Below are positions 1 to 9,786 of a stretch of 64,000 nucleotides of DNA, in pieces. Source of the DNA: Candidatus Latescibacterota bacterium. GTDB taxonomy: Bacteria; Latescibacterota; UBA2968; GCA-2709665. Positions within the stretch are counted from its first letter, which is position 1. The number at the start of each line of letters is the position of its first letter. The position numbers and the translations under genes are program-made. A model generated the notes under the pieces. The model was not told the origin of the DNA and did not search any database. It saw only the letters and a program-made list of their open reading frames with translations. Where the stretch lies: assembly GCA_965222075.1 (NCBI GenBank), contig OZ244937.1, positions 4,672,001 to 4,736,000 of the forward strand, read 5' to 3'.

Positions 1-179
1 TCGGCGCCTGCCCGCGCAAACTCCCGGTGCAGCTCCAGCACCCCTTCGGGATAGTCCAGCACCCCCATCGGAATCTTCGACGCATAGCTCCCCAAACACC
101 GCCGTTCGAACTCCAGATAGTACCCTCCGTCGCACAGCAACGGCCCTTCGGCCAGACGTTCCAGAAATCCGGATGCCAT
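1..179 (-). CDS. Homocysteine S-methyltransferase family protein (N-terminus; runs off the window)
   Basis: Manual translation from ATG 179: MASGFLERLAEGPLLCDGGYYLEFERRCLGSYASKIPMGVLDYPEGVLELHREFARAGA. This has the DGG...E and P..V..LHREF..AG motifs of the BHMT/MmuM family. GAGGAGG RBS upstream. Confidence 0.8.
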   Translation of the reverse strand, partial: MASGFLERLAEGPLLCDGGYYLEFERRCLGSYASKIPMGVLDYPEGVLELHREFARAGA

Positions 180-374
180 GTCCTGCCTCCTCTTTTACAG
201 ATATCGGATAAAACACGCCCGCTTCCCAAATCTCCGCGGGTGATATTCCACCGGTAAAACGCCGCCTGGATCACACGCCCACCCAGGCCATCAGAAGACA
301 AAATCCGCGCTGGTCAGCAAAGTATCCTTCAAATCGCCCCGTAAAGGCAGGGCCTGCCCCACCCGACCCGCCTG

Positions 375-2753
375 CTACACCTCCACCACCTCGAACCGCT
401 CCCCTTCCCGCATCCCGTAAGCGCTGCCGGTACTTTTCCGGGACACCTCCATATCGCCATACGTCGCATACCGCCCTCTGGCGAGGCAGAGCGAAATAGG
501 TTCTCCGTCCTCCACGGTCGCAACCGCAGCCCTCCCGTCCAGCCCCAGCGCTCCAAACCCCACCTCCCCCGGCTCTGGATTGTGCAACAGCTCGAACCGG
601 TCGCCTCCACACACAACCTGAAGTGCCACGGCCTCCGCCGCCCCGTTGACCGGATGCCACACCGCCTGGACTTCTGGCGCAACCTCGCCTTCAAACGGCG
701 CGTACACCGCAACAAAAATCGCCCGGGAGCCGGAGCGGCTCACCTGCAAATACCCCCGGTAGGGCATCACCGCGCCCTCTTTCAGCGTCCCCCCCTGCCC
801 GTGCAACGCCTGAATCACATCCTCTTCGGGCGGGCACTCCGAAACGGTCACAGCCAACGGTACAGCCCCGGGGAGAACCACCTTCAGCCCGCTCGGATTT
901 TCTCCGTCGAACAGCCAGGTCGCCGTCACGTCTCCCCCCGCCTCGCCCTGCCTGCCCCAGCGCAGCGGCTCCGGCACGTCTACCGGCTGCATCTCCCCCA
1001 CCCCTTCCACAGACAGCCGGCCCGACCGGGCGTGCAGCGTCCACGTATACGCATCCAGATCCCCGCAAACCCGAAACAGATCCACCACCAGGGGTTTTCC
1101 CCTGCGCCTGGGCAGCAGGGCGATGAACCGTGAGTTGTGCGGCGCCAGCCCGGCCTCGGCCAGCTTCGGCCCCGGCGTGATGAGCCAGATCATCGGCTTC
1201 CCGCCCTCTGCCTGTTCCGCCACCTCCTGCACCGTATTGTGAGAAAGTGCGCTCCGTTCCCACAGCCGCGCCCATTCCGGGTTCCAGTTGTACCCCATTT
1301 CCGTAACCATCTCCAGCCCGCACGCCCACAGTCCCAAATTTAAATAATCCCGCTGCTTGTGCGCTGCCGGGACGTAGGGGCCGTAGTCGATAAACACCAT
1401 CGTCTGCGATGCCTTCTCCGCTCCCTCCCGCAGCGCCATCACCCCCATCCCCGGCAGGTGCAGGCTCTCAACCCCATAGTCTTCCCCCGCCCCATCGGCA
1501 GCCGCGTCCGGCGCCCGATAAAACAGCGAATACAGCGTTCCCCCCGCCAGGTTCTCCCCCCACATTTCCTTCAAATGGCGCAGCGCCTTCGGATCCCTAT
1601 AATTGATATAGGCGATCTCCGAGCAGAAAAAACGCGGTCGGCTGCCCACGTGGGAATCGTTCACCGCCGGAATGCTCCCGTCTGGAAAGGTGAAATCCAG
1701 AAACCAGGTATAACAGCGGCGCAGCAGGCAGCATTTTGGATTGGAATAAATATCCACCCCTGTATTGCCCCGCACAATCTCCGGAATACCCACCATTGCC
1801 TGCAGCAGCCCCAAAGTGTAATCGGGGGTACATTCGTAGAACGTACCGTCACCGTGAAAAATCCCTACCCCAGGATCCAGCAGATCCTCGTACATCTTCA
1901 CAATCGACCGCAGCGTCTCCCCGTCCTCCAACAGCGCCGCTGAAGCCGCAATACACCACCACGCCTCCCCGTGGTCCTGAATCGAGTAATGCCACAGATA
2001 GGGCGACACATCCTCCCCCACCTCGTACCCCTCCAGCGACCCCGCCCCCCCCTTCTTGAACCCCTCCACAAAATAGTCGCGGGCATACGCCACCAGCTCC
2101 CGGTCGATCCTCTGGCACTGCGCTTCGGACAGAACCCCGGAATCGCGCACCAGGTCGTAGGCGTGCAGCACCTGGTGCACGTGCCCGGCGTCGCGGCGTT
2201 TCCACCCGTCGATCTTGCCGTAGTAGGGATCGACCTCATCGTGCCACTCGTTCCGATTCACCCTGTTGATCCGATATCCCTGGAACACCTCCGCAAACCG
2301 TTCCACCAGGGTCCCCACCTTCTCCGCATACCGCCCGTCCCCCTCAATCTGGTACACAATTCCCGCGCTTTCCAACCCCTCCAGAATGTAATGGAGCCGA
2401 TAAGACCGGATCACCGCATGGATATTCCAGGTCTCCGACGCATCCTCCGGGTCCCAGTCCCACGTCGTCTTGCAGTCGGTGCACTGGAGCGTATCCCCGG
2501 TGTTGATCAGCGTGTACGCATACCACGGCCCGCATCCGCAGTGGGGGCAGACCACCGTAATCAGCGGCGTCTTATCCGGAACAAAAGAACGCAGGCGGTC
2601 CCGGTCCATATCCAGGTAACCATCCGCCTGCGCCTTAATCCCTGCATACAGATCCCTCGCCCAGGTATGGCGCACGATATTCTCCCTGGCCCGGGCGATA
2701 TCGCTCGCCTTGTACATCGTGCAGGGATACCGCGACGCCTTCGATTCGGCCAT
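375..2753 (-). CDS. Heparinase II/III-like (polysaccharide lyase-type) protein with N-terminal CxxC..CxxC
   Basis: 792 aa ORF. Helical N-half; PDGSIPAVNDS, HKQRDYLNLGL and SHNTV motifs typical of the Hepar_II_III C-terminal region. Confidence 0.7.
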   Translation of the reverse strand: MAESKASRYPCTMYKASDIARARENIVRHTWARDLYAGIKAQADGYLDMDRDRLRSFVPDKTPLITVVCPHCGCGPWYAYTLINTGDTLQCTDCKTTWDWDPEDASETWNIHAVIRSYRLHYILEGLESAGIVYQIEGDGRYAEKVGTLVERFAEVFQGYRINRVNRNEWHDEVDPYYGKIDGWKRRDAGHVHQVLHAYDLVRDSGVLSEAQCQRIDRELVAYARDYFVEGFKKGGAGSLEGYEVGEDVSPYLWHYSIQDHGEAWWCIAASAALLEDGETLRSIVKMYEDLLDPGVGIFHGDGTFYECTPDYTLGLLQAMVGIPEIVRGNTGVDIYSNPKCCLLRRCYTWFLDFTFPDGSIPAVNDSHVGSRPRFFCSEIAYINYRDPKALRHLKEMWGENLAGGTLYSLFYRAPDAAADGAGEDYGVESLHLPGMGVMALREGAEKASQTMVFIDYGPYVPAAHKQRDYLNLGLWACGLEMVTEMGYNWNPEWARLWERSALSHNTVQEVAEQAEGGKPMIWLITPGPKLAEAGLAPHNSRFIALLPRRRGKPLVVDLFRVCGDLDAYTWTLHARSGRLSVEGVGEMQPVDVPEPLRWGRQGEAGGDVTATWLFDGENPSGLKVVLPGAVPLAVTVSECPPEEDVIQALHGQGGTLKEGAVMPYRGYLQVSRSGSRAIFVAVYAPFEGEVAPEVQAVWHPVNGAAEAVALQVVCGGDRFELLHNPEPGEVGFGALGLDGRAAVATVEDGEPISLCLARGRYATYGDMEVSRKSTGSAYGMREGERFEVVEV

Positions 2754-2784
2754 ACCGTCTCCTGTAAAAAAAATAGAATCGCTA

Positions 2785-2958
2785 CTATATATGCCTGCCT
2801 TTGGCGGAAATCAAGCGAAACCGGAACGGGTAGTCCAGCACCCCCATCGGACTCTTCGACGCATAACTGCCCAGGCACCGCCGCTCGAACTCTAAGTAAT
2901 ACCCCCCATCCACAAGCAGAGGGCCTTCCGCCAGACGCTCCATAAACCCGGATGTCAT
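2785..2958 (-). pseudogene. Truncated diverged copy of the homocysteine S-methyltransferase 5' end
   Basis: MTSGFMERLAEGPLLVDGGYYLEFERRCLGSYASKSPMGVLDYP then unrelated FRFRLISAKGRHI*. 40 of 44 residues are identical to the CDS starting at 179. Confidence 0.85.
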
Positions 2959-2994
2959 ATCATCCTCCCCTCTTCTGTGTCCTTCTGTGGCGCT

Positions 2995-3933
2995 TCACTC
3001 CTTTCGCACCTCATAGAAAGGTACAAGAAGGGGTGAAAAGTCTTCCTTGAAAGGCACCCGTTGTTCGACATTTGCACCACACCAGTCGAAGACTGTGTGC
3101 CCTCGTTGCCACATCCAATTGATGGCCTTCCAGCGTACAAGAGAATATGCTTCCCTATCTTTAGCCTGGTTATGGCACGTATAGAGACCGTAGCAGCGAT
3201 GCCTGTCCCAGGGAATCAGCATGGCGGCTCTGATCTGGTCTTGTGGGTCCACAGTAGTGAACAAGCGTCCGCAGTCCCGATCGTAAATGGCATCAACCAG
3301 ATCAACATAGAAGTCGTGGGAAAATATGTGACCGTAGGTGGGCTCGAAAAGGGTGGCAAGTGCATCGGGATTCCTACTCTCCACTACCTGGTAGCCAAGC
3401 CCTTGGCCCTTTTCAATCTCATTGCGCGTGTGAGCTGTCAATTGATTGTAGAATTCGCGTTCTTGGTCTCGAAAAAGGCGATACGTAAAGAGCGGCCTCG
3501 CCTTCCAGCCTTGCCAGATAAACCATCGAATGTTGATGAATTCTGGCGTCGTTACGAATCGGACCTCTTCGTAGTCCCTGAAGAACTCAAGCAAAGCAGA
3601 GGATACATGGCGGTCCAATTCTGCTCGCATGCCGGGTCTGGATCTATCTTTGTGAATCAGAATGCCGCCAAAAGGAGTGCCCCTGGGCCTATTGAGTCGT
3701 TTGGCACTTGAGCCGTCCTCCTGGAAGCTTAGGCCGGCTATGAGTCGATCCTCTTCAAAAACCCCTACATATCGGATTCGACCGAAATGGCGGTCTATGA
3801 GGTCAAGCCATAAGCGAGAACAGAAGAAATGGCCTTCCGGAGATGACTCGTTCAGGTCATCCCACAACGGCAGCTCCGATGGGGCAAGAACCCGTACCTG
3901 CAATTCTGATGGGTCAACACGCTCGTCTTCCAT
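2995..3933 (-). CDS. GNAT acetyltransferase, FemAB/BioF2-like
   Basis: 312 aa with tandem GNAT folds; WDDL..S..GHFF, TRNEIEK and FDWCGAN...FKEDF motifs. Lower GC than the flanks. Confidence 0.7.
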   Translation of the reverse strand: MEDERVDPSELQVRVLAPSELPLWDDLNESSPEGHFFCSRLWLDLIDRHFGRIRYVGVFEEDRLIAGLSFQEDGSSAKRLNRPRGTPFGGILIHKDRSRPGMRAELDRHVSSALLEFFRDYEEVRFVTTPEFINIRWFIWQGWKARPLFTYRLFRDQEREFYNQLTAHTRNEIEKGQGLGYQVVESRNPDALATLFEPTYGHIFSHDFYVDLVDAIYDRDCGRLFTTVDPQDQIRAAMLIPWDRHRCYGLYTCHNQAKDREAYSLVRWKAINWMWQRGHTVFDWCGANVEQRVPFKEDFSPLLVPFYEVRKE

Positions 3934-3948
3934 CTTTTGGTCCTCCCC

Positions 3949-5781
3949 TTAAGAAACTTCAGCCCCTCCCCCTGGCCCCAACTCCAGCCAAACCTCATTT
4001 CCGCGAACCTCAAGCGTTCGGTAGAGGGCATTCCGGTTGGCCGCTGGAGGATCGCCCGTAAAACGCCACTCTCTCTCCGGCTCAAGGCGAATTCGGTAGG
4101 CCGCTCCCCGGTAGGTCACTTCAACGCCGGAGGAACCTTCCGAAACCGATGCCTCCTCCTGTCCGTCAAAGGAGATAACAGGCACTAAGATAGACTGTTT
4201 CGGCGGTCTGGGGTCCAGCCGGACGGAATATACCAGTCCTTCCGAAGTCAGAGAATAGGACTCCACGATTTCACCACAGCCTCCCATTTCACCACGATAC
4301 GTAACCTCGAAGGCGACCTCGTCCGTCGTCTCTTTGAGCACCTTAAGGGTGACATCCGAGATCTCAGCCTCAAAATCCGCAAGCCGATGTTCCTTTCCTG
4401 CTGCGTCTTTCCATGCAGGTCCGACGGCGAGGTCTCTGGACGGTCGGTTGACCCCGAAGGAGTATTCGGCACTGGCCGACAAGCTCGCCGACAGAGCGGT
4501 CTCCGGTCGAACGCCTTCGCGGTGAATGCGCCCCAGTCCCGTAGCATCCTTCTTGTGGTCCGCACGTGTGTCGATCTCGACGTGATAGCCCCCACACGTG
4601 GCGAAGACCTTGTGGAAAGCCGGCCAAAGATTGAAGACGTACCCGCCCACCTCAGCAGGCGTGATCCGCTCTTCGATCTCCTCATCGGCCAGATGATAGG
4701 CCGTAGCAAAAAGGCTGGCCGCAAGCGCGCCGTAGACGCTGTAGGGCCCGGCCGAATCGACCCCATGTCCCAGCGAAGGGTGAAAGCCCTGCTTCGTATG
4801 GCGGAAGGGGTTCATATCGATAATCCAGGGCAGGCACATCTGCACGGCCCTGCGCCCTGCCCGCTTGAAAATCCCCGCCGTCAACAGATCCCCCGCCTGT
4901 CTGTGATACGCAGCCTGGGTTTCACAGAGGCAGGCAAAGTGCCCCTCAACGAAGTGAAACTGGTTGCTCCGCCCTCCAAAAGGCATCTGCCCGGTGACCG
5001 ACTGGCAGAGAAGAGAAGTCAAAGCGCCTCTTTCGGATATCCAGTCCAGGTGTCCGCCATCGTAGCCGTAGTGGCGTACCAGGTCCAGCTGCTGTTTCAC
5101 GACAAGATCATAGGTCATCGGATCGTTGGGATCGCGGTACATCCCATAGGGGGTGAAATCTCTTGATAGGTATTCGATCGCCCCTTCAATGAGTTCCCTA
5201 TCTCCACCGAGCTTCAGGCTTCCCTTGAAGAATTCAGCAGTCAGTAAGAAAGCGACAAAGTTGTGATGGTGAATCCCACCTTTGACCGAGCCGTAGCTCG
5301 CACGCGGGTTGTGTCCCCGCCATATGGCCTCCCACCGTCTCACGCGCTCTGGATCCATCCTGTCTTTCAGCGCCCTGTGGGCGTACATCAGCTCCTTGAT
5401 CCAGAACTCAGGGAAGTACTGGACCTGGTCCAGGTGAGCCAGACGCTCCTCATATGCCTTGGCGCAGCCGTCGATCAGGTCTTCACACCGGCCTGTGGAA
5501 ATAAGCTGTCCGAGTGCGCCGATGAAGCGTGTCTGGGCGTGAACGAGCACCCTCTGCCCTTGGCGGTTGGTGGTGTAGTATTCATCCTGTGAAAAGGGAT
5601 CCAGGATGATCCCGTTTTCGTCCTGCCAGGTCGCCAGCGCCCGGACGATCCGCTCGGCGGCGTCCAGGCAGGTTTCACGGGTGACGCCTGTGGGCCGTGG
5701 GATCGGCGCCCGCTCGATGTCCTCCCGAAGCCGGGCCCACGTTCCTTTCAGTGGATAAGGCTCCATAAACCCGGATGCCAT
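3949..5781 (-). CDS. Hypothetical protein (possible alpha/alpha-toroid carbohydrate-active enzyme); first 7 codons match the Hcy methyltransferase start
   Basis: 610 aa ORF with GGAGG RBS, starting MASGFME. Function not recognised. Confidence 0.6.
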   Translation of the reverse strand: MASGFMEPYPLKGTWARLREDIERAPIPRPTGVTRETCLDAAERIVRALATWQDENGIILDPFSQDEYYTTNRQGQRVLVHAQTRFIGALGQLISTGRCEDLIDGCAKAYEERLAHLDQVQYFPEFWIKELMYAHRALKDRMDPERVRRWEAIWRGHNPRASYGSVKGGIHHHNFVAFLLTAEFFKGSLKLGGDRELIEGAIEYLSRDFTPYGMYRDPNDPMTYDLVVKQQLDLVRHYGYDGGHLDWISERGALTSLLCQSVTGQMPFGGRSNQFHFVEGHFACLCETQAAYHRQAGDLLTAGIFKRAGRRAVQMCLPWIIDMNPFRHTKQGFHPSLGHGVDSAGPYSVYGALAASLFATAYHLADEEIEERITPAEVGGYVFNLWPAFHKVFATCGGYHVEIDTRADHKKDATGLGRIHREGVRPETALSASLSASAEYSFGVNRPSRDLAVGPAWKDAAGKEHRLADFEAEISDVTLKVLKETTDEVAFEVTYRGEMGGCGEIVESYSLTSEGLVYSVRLDPRPPKQSILVPVISFDGQEEASVSEGSSGVEVTYRGAAYRIRLEPEREWRFTGDPPAANRNALYRTLEVRGNEVWLELGPGGGAEVS

Positions 5782-5809
5782 AATCCCCTCCTCCTGGATG
5801 TGGACGACG

Positions 5810-5950
5810 GACGATAGACAACAAAGGAATCGCCAGGCTCACCTCGTCCACCGAGTAAAAGGTCTCCAGAACGAATAGATCCACACCCACCTCGGCCTGC
5901 TGGCCCACCCGCCGCTCGAAAATGGATTTCCTGCGGTCCTCCTCTGCCGT
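5810..5950 (-). pseudogene. Internal fragment of a homocysteine S-methyltransferase
   Basis: Translates EDRRKSIFERRVGQQAEVGVDLFVLETFYSVDEVSLAI, matching the family segment F..Q...L.E.GVD....ETF....E. No credible start or RBS. Confidence 0.65.
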
Positions 5951-8900
5951 CTACTCCGACACCACGAACCCCGTCTCCTTCGCTGCCGTCCGGCCGCTGT
6001 TCAAATCGGTCACTTCCACCCGCAAATAGTGCCGTCCGGCCTTCGCCTCCCCCAGGTCCAGCTCCGTGTACACCGCCTCCGACGCCGCCAGGCCCGCCCG
6101 CTTGTACCCCCCCACGGCCACCTCCTCCTTTCGCCCCCTGCCCGTCAGCGTCTGCACCAGGCGCGAAATAATCCCTCCCACCTTCCGGCCCACCGTGTAC
6201 GCAACCCGGTATTTCGCCTGGCCGAATTCGTCTTTCTCCAAATTATAAACTTCATAGTAAACGAACACGCTCTGACCCGCGCGGTACGTCCGCGAAGGCA
6301 TCGGGATCACCTCCAGCCCCGCCTTGCCGAACCTGCCCTCCGTTTTCGCCTCGGCAACCCGCCAGGCCAGCTCCAGGTCGCTCACCCGCAGCCGATCCCC
6401 ACCGTACCCCTCCACCACCACCCGCTGCCGGTAAATCCCCAGCCGGCCGTCCATCCGGTCCTGCGCCTTCACCTCCAGCCGGTAGACCCCGGGCGGCACC
6501 TCCATCCGCACAAGGTCCGGCACCAGCGTTCCCCACTCCTTGGGACCGCCCGAAACCTGGAACGCCACCTCGCCCGTTTTGCGGTACACGGTATCCAGCG
6601 TTGTGGGAATTAGTGCGACCTGCCGTTTCACCACCCGCGTCACATCTTCTCCGGGCGCGTAGCGGCGCGGTGGGCGGGGAATTCCGTAATAAACCTCCAG
6701 CACACTGCGGCCGTCCCTTCCCCGAAAGTCCGCCAGCGAATAGTAGAAATCGAAGGGCGGAACCTCGTATTCGGGCACATAGTGGTCCGGAGACACCGAG
6801 GCCGCCACCGCAAACGTCCGCTCGGGCGCGTGCCGAACGAACCGGGCCATCTGCGCGGCGGAAACCTCCGGAGACATCGGCACGGGCGCATAATCGTAAA
6901 TCCCCTTGCCGAACTCATCGGTGAAGCTGATCTCAATCCCCCCATCCACCTGGAGATAGACCCAGGACTCCCAGGGCACGCCCCCGTGGTCTTCACCGGT
7001 CGCCGTCACCGGGCGGTAGTCGGTCAGCTTGGAGGAATCGTCCTGGAAAAGCTGCCCCCGCGCACGGGCGCTTCTACCGTCCGGCCCGAACGCAGCGACG
7101 GCCCGGTTGTTCTCGTCCGAACCGGCCGGGACGGCCTCATCCGAACCGTCCTCCCGGACATGCCGGCCCGCTCTGGCCTGGACGCCCCCCACCTCGTCCT
7201 GCCCCTCGGCAACATAATGCTCCCCCCGGCTGGGTCCGCCGCTCTGCCGCTCCCCCTGCACCGCCCGGTCCTGCCTGAGGTTCGCCACCGCATCCGTTCC
7301 TTCCAGTTCCTCTTCAATGGACATTTCGAACCCCAGATCGGCTTCGAACCCCAGCACATCCCTCTGCAACGAGAAATTGCGCACCGGGAACACCGGGCCG
7401 GTATACATCTCGCCAATCGCGGCTGTCCCGTACAGATTGGCCGCCAGCCGCTCTTTCACCCGAATCACAGCCAGATCTCTGGGAACGTCCATCATCCGTG
7501 AACTCGACCGGTGGTCCGGCTCTCCGAACCGGATGTACACGTCTCCCCGGCGGTCCCACGGCTGTTTCCCGCCCGAAAACGCCACAGAGGCATACCACAC
7601 CCGCCGGTAGTGTTCCAGCAGGCGCTCGTTCACCGGCGTCGTGAGGTCCGGATCCCGCCCGTTCCAGAACCGCCTCGAAAACGCCTCCCGCTCTACGCCC
7701 GATGTATGGGCGTACTCGGCCAGCTCCTCCGGCGACGCGATCGGGCTGATGTCCTCGTACAGGGCGCGGATCTTTGCGGGAAGCCGGGACAGGTAGGAGG
7801 CAAAAAAGCCCATCGCCATGCCTAACTCCCCTTTTTTCACACACGCCTGCGCCACAATCGGCATCAGCTCTACCGCATCCGGATACGCCTGCACGAACGC
7901 CTGCAGCTGCTCCAGAATCCTGTCGTAGTCCTTCACCTTTAAATAAGCCAGCCCCAGCTTTCGCTGTCCCTCCGGGTCGTTAGGCCGAAGGGCCAGGTAC
8001 TTCGTATACCACACAACCGCCTGCGCGAAGTCCTGGCTGAAATGGGCGTACCAATCTCCAATCAGCAAGTAGGCGTCCCCATACGTCGGATCCATCTTCA
8101 ACACCCGCTCGATCTCCGGCTTTGCATCGTGCTCATTCATCAAATACCGCGCCCGGGCGATCTGGTATTGCGCATCCACATAATGCCGATCCCGGATCAA
8201 CGCTTCTCTGAAAAAAGAGATGGCCCGGTACCGCTTATTGGGCAGTTCCATGTGCACCAGCCCCAGTCCGTAATACGGTTCTGCGTCTCCCATCTCCAGC
8301 GAAGCCGCCCGCTTGAAAGCCCATTCGGCCGCTGCGTACTTCCCCGCCTTGAGATACGCATGCCCCAGCTGCATGTGCGTATCTTGGTCCTCCAGACGCT
8401 GGTGGGCCACGGCCCGCATCCAGAAGACCGCCCCTGCCGCATCCCCCGATTCCAGGCGCCGGTGGGCCTCAGAATAGAGGGAATCCACCCCCTCCGGCCC
8501 CAGATCCAGCGCTTCGACCCGGTATCCGCTCCGGCTCGAAACCAGGCGCAGCGCCCGTCCCGGGTGCCAGTAACAGCTCAACCCAGCCCCGGGCCGGTAG
8601 AAATAGCCCACTTCAGGCACATAAGGGCCGGAGGCCGCCGGGCAGCGCACCAGCCGGTCCAGCACACTCAGGTCCCGCTTCCGGATCTTTCCGTCTCGAG
8701 CTTCCTGCCCAATCTTGCCCTCAACCCACGCGCGCAGCCCCTGCAAATCGGGCGGAAAATATCCCCCGTGCGCCCGGCCGTAGTCTGCAAAAAAATCCCC
8801 TAAAACCAGCATGTGCTCCCGGCAAACCGTTTCTTCAAACCCCGCCTCGTCCATCTCCGCAAACGCCCGGAACACGGCGGCATAGCCCAGGCAACTCCCT

Positions 8901-9742
8901 GTCGAAATTCCCGATTCCCCACCCTTTTCCCCCAGGGCTTCCATCCCACGCACCGCCTCTTCATAGCCCTGTCTTGCCTTCCAGTACTCCCCCTGGTGCA
9001 TCGCACGGTAGCCCCTCATCCACCAGTTCAACGCCTGGTGCATCAGCGGAAGCGCCACCTCCGAAGCCCGGTCTTCGAACAGCCCCGGCCCCTCTCCAGG
9101 CGCACCCGGTCCCCCCATTGCCCCGGCCGCTGGCGCCCGCCCCCCATCGGCGCCCACCCTTTGCGCCACACCGTCCACCAAGCACGAAATCGAACGCCCC
9201 GACCACCTGAGGGGGCCGGTCACCTGCCCGCTGATCAGCAGCGTGGCCCGCCCTGTTTCATCCACCGTCCACAGTCCTCCACCGTCCACAACGGCCAGCC
9301 GCCGGCCGTCGGGCGCAACCGCCATCTCAAGCGGGTTGAGGTCCTCAGGCAGCGGCCAGGAAGTCTCGCCTGAACCGTCCGCCGCCAGCCGCCAGATCCG
9401 GTTTTTAACCAGCGGAAGCTCACGACCCCCGCACAGATAAGATCCGAAAACCCCGTACAACAGGCCCCGCTCCAGATAGACCAGCCCCCGGTTGCCCGGC
9501 AAAAACCCGACGCCTCCCGGCCGGCCCGCATACAGCCCCACCCGCCGCGCCCCCGTCCCGTCCGCCTCCACCGTCCACACCGCCGTCATCAAAGCCTTCG
9601 CCTGACCGATCGGCACCGCCCGGGCCAGAACCCGCCCGTCCGCAGACCACACGGGGCCGGTCCTTCCGGGCGTCGGCGCAAACAGGCATAACAGCATCAG
9701 GACGCCCGCCCCAACCTGCAATTTGCATTTTATGGTGTGCAT
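5951..9742 (-). CDS. GWxTD-domain protein with signal peptide, beta-propeller-like N-terminus, pilin-like segment and TPRs
   Basis: Likely start ATG 9742 (GGAG RBS, hydrophobic signal). TPRs; FW..RDPDLTTPVNERLLEHYRRVWYA...PWDRRGDVYIRFGEPD is the GWxTD core; C-terminal Ig-like domains. Confidence 0.75.
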   Translation of the reverse strand: MHTIKCKLQVGAGVLMLLCLFAPTPGRTGPVWSADGRVLARAVPIGQAKALMTAVWTVEADGTGARRVGLYAGRPGGVGFLPGNRGLVYLERGLLYGVFGSYLCGGRELPLVKNRIWRLAADGSGETSWPLPEDLNPLEMAVAPDGRRLAVVDGGGLWTVDETGRATLLISGQVTGPLRWSGRSISCLVDGVAQRVGADGGRAPAAGAMGGPGAPGEGPGLFEDRASEVALPLMHQALNWWMRGYRAMHQGEYWKARQGYEEAVRGMEALGEKGGESGISTGSCLGYAAVFRAFAEMDEAGFEETVCREHMLVLGDFFADYGRAHGGYFPPDLQGLRAWVEGKIGQEARDGKIRKRDLSVLDRLVRCPAASGPYVPEVGYFYRPGAGLSCYWHPGRALRLVSSRSGYRVEALDLGPEGVDSLYSEAHRRLESGDAAGAVFWMRAVAHQRLEDQDTHMQLGHAYLKAGKYAAAEWAFKRAASLEMGDAEPYYGLGLVHMELPNKRYRAISFFREALIRDRHYVDAQYQIARARYLMNEHDAKPEIERVLKMDPTYGDAYLLIGDWYAHFSQDFAQAVVWYTKYLALRPNDPEGQRKLGLAYLKVKDYDRILEQLQAFVQAYPDAVELMPIVAQACVKKGELGMAMGFFASYLSRLPAKIRALYEDISPIASPEELAEYAHTSGVEREAFSRRFWNGRDPDLTTPVNERLLEHYRRVWYASVAFSGGKQPWDRRGDVYIRFGEPDHRSSSRMMDVPRDLAVIRVKERLAANLYGTAAIGEMYTGPVFPVRNFSLQRDVLGFEADLGFEMSIEEELEGTDAVANLRQDRAVQGERQSGGPSRGEHYVAEGQDEVGGVQARAGRHVREDGSDEAVPAGSDENNRAVAAFGPDGRSARARGQLFQDDSSKLTDYRPVTATGEDHGGVPWESWVYLQVDGGIEISFTDEFGKGIYDYAPVPMSPEVSAAQMARFVRHAPERTFAVAASVSPDHYVPEYEVPPFDFYYSLADFRGRDGRSVLEVYYGIPRPPRRYAPGEDVTRVVKRQVALIPTTLDTVYRKTGEVAFQVSGGPKEWGTLVPDLVRMEVPPGVYRLEVKAQDRMDGRLGIYRQRVVVEGYGGDRLRVSDLELAWRVAEAKTEGRFGKAGLEVIPMPSRTYRAGQSVFVYYEVYNLEKDEFGQAKYRVAYTVGRKVGGIISRLVQTLTGRGRKEEVAVGGYKRAGLAASEAVYTELDLGEAKAGRHYLRVEVTDLNSGRTAAKETGFVVSE

Positions 9743-9786
9743 CTTACAATTTCTCCAAACCACCCACCGCTCCCGGCGTCGGCTCC

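Noticed and set aside
180-374. SAM/SAH riboswitch upstream of the methyltransferase
   Set aside because: No recognisable S-box or SAH consensus on the minus strand.
5675-5953. Stop-codon readthrough (TAG, pyrrolysine) from the GWxTD gene into the in-frame methyltransferase-like stretch
   Set aside because: The GWxTD protein ends where its paralogue does, the downstream piece is only an internal fragment, and no pyl genes are in view. In-frame is a one-in-three chance.
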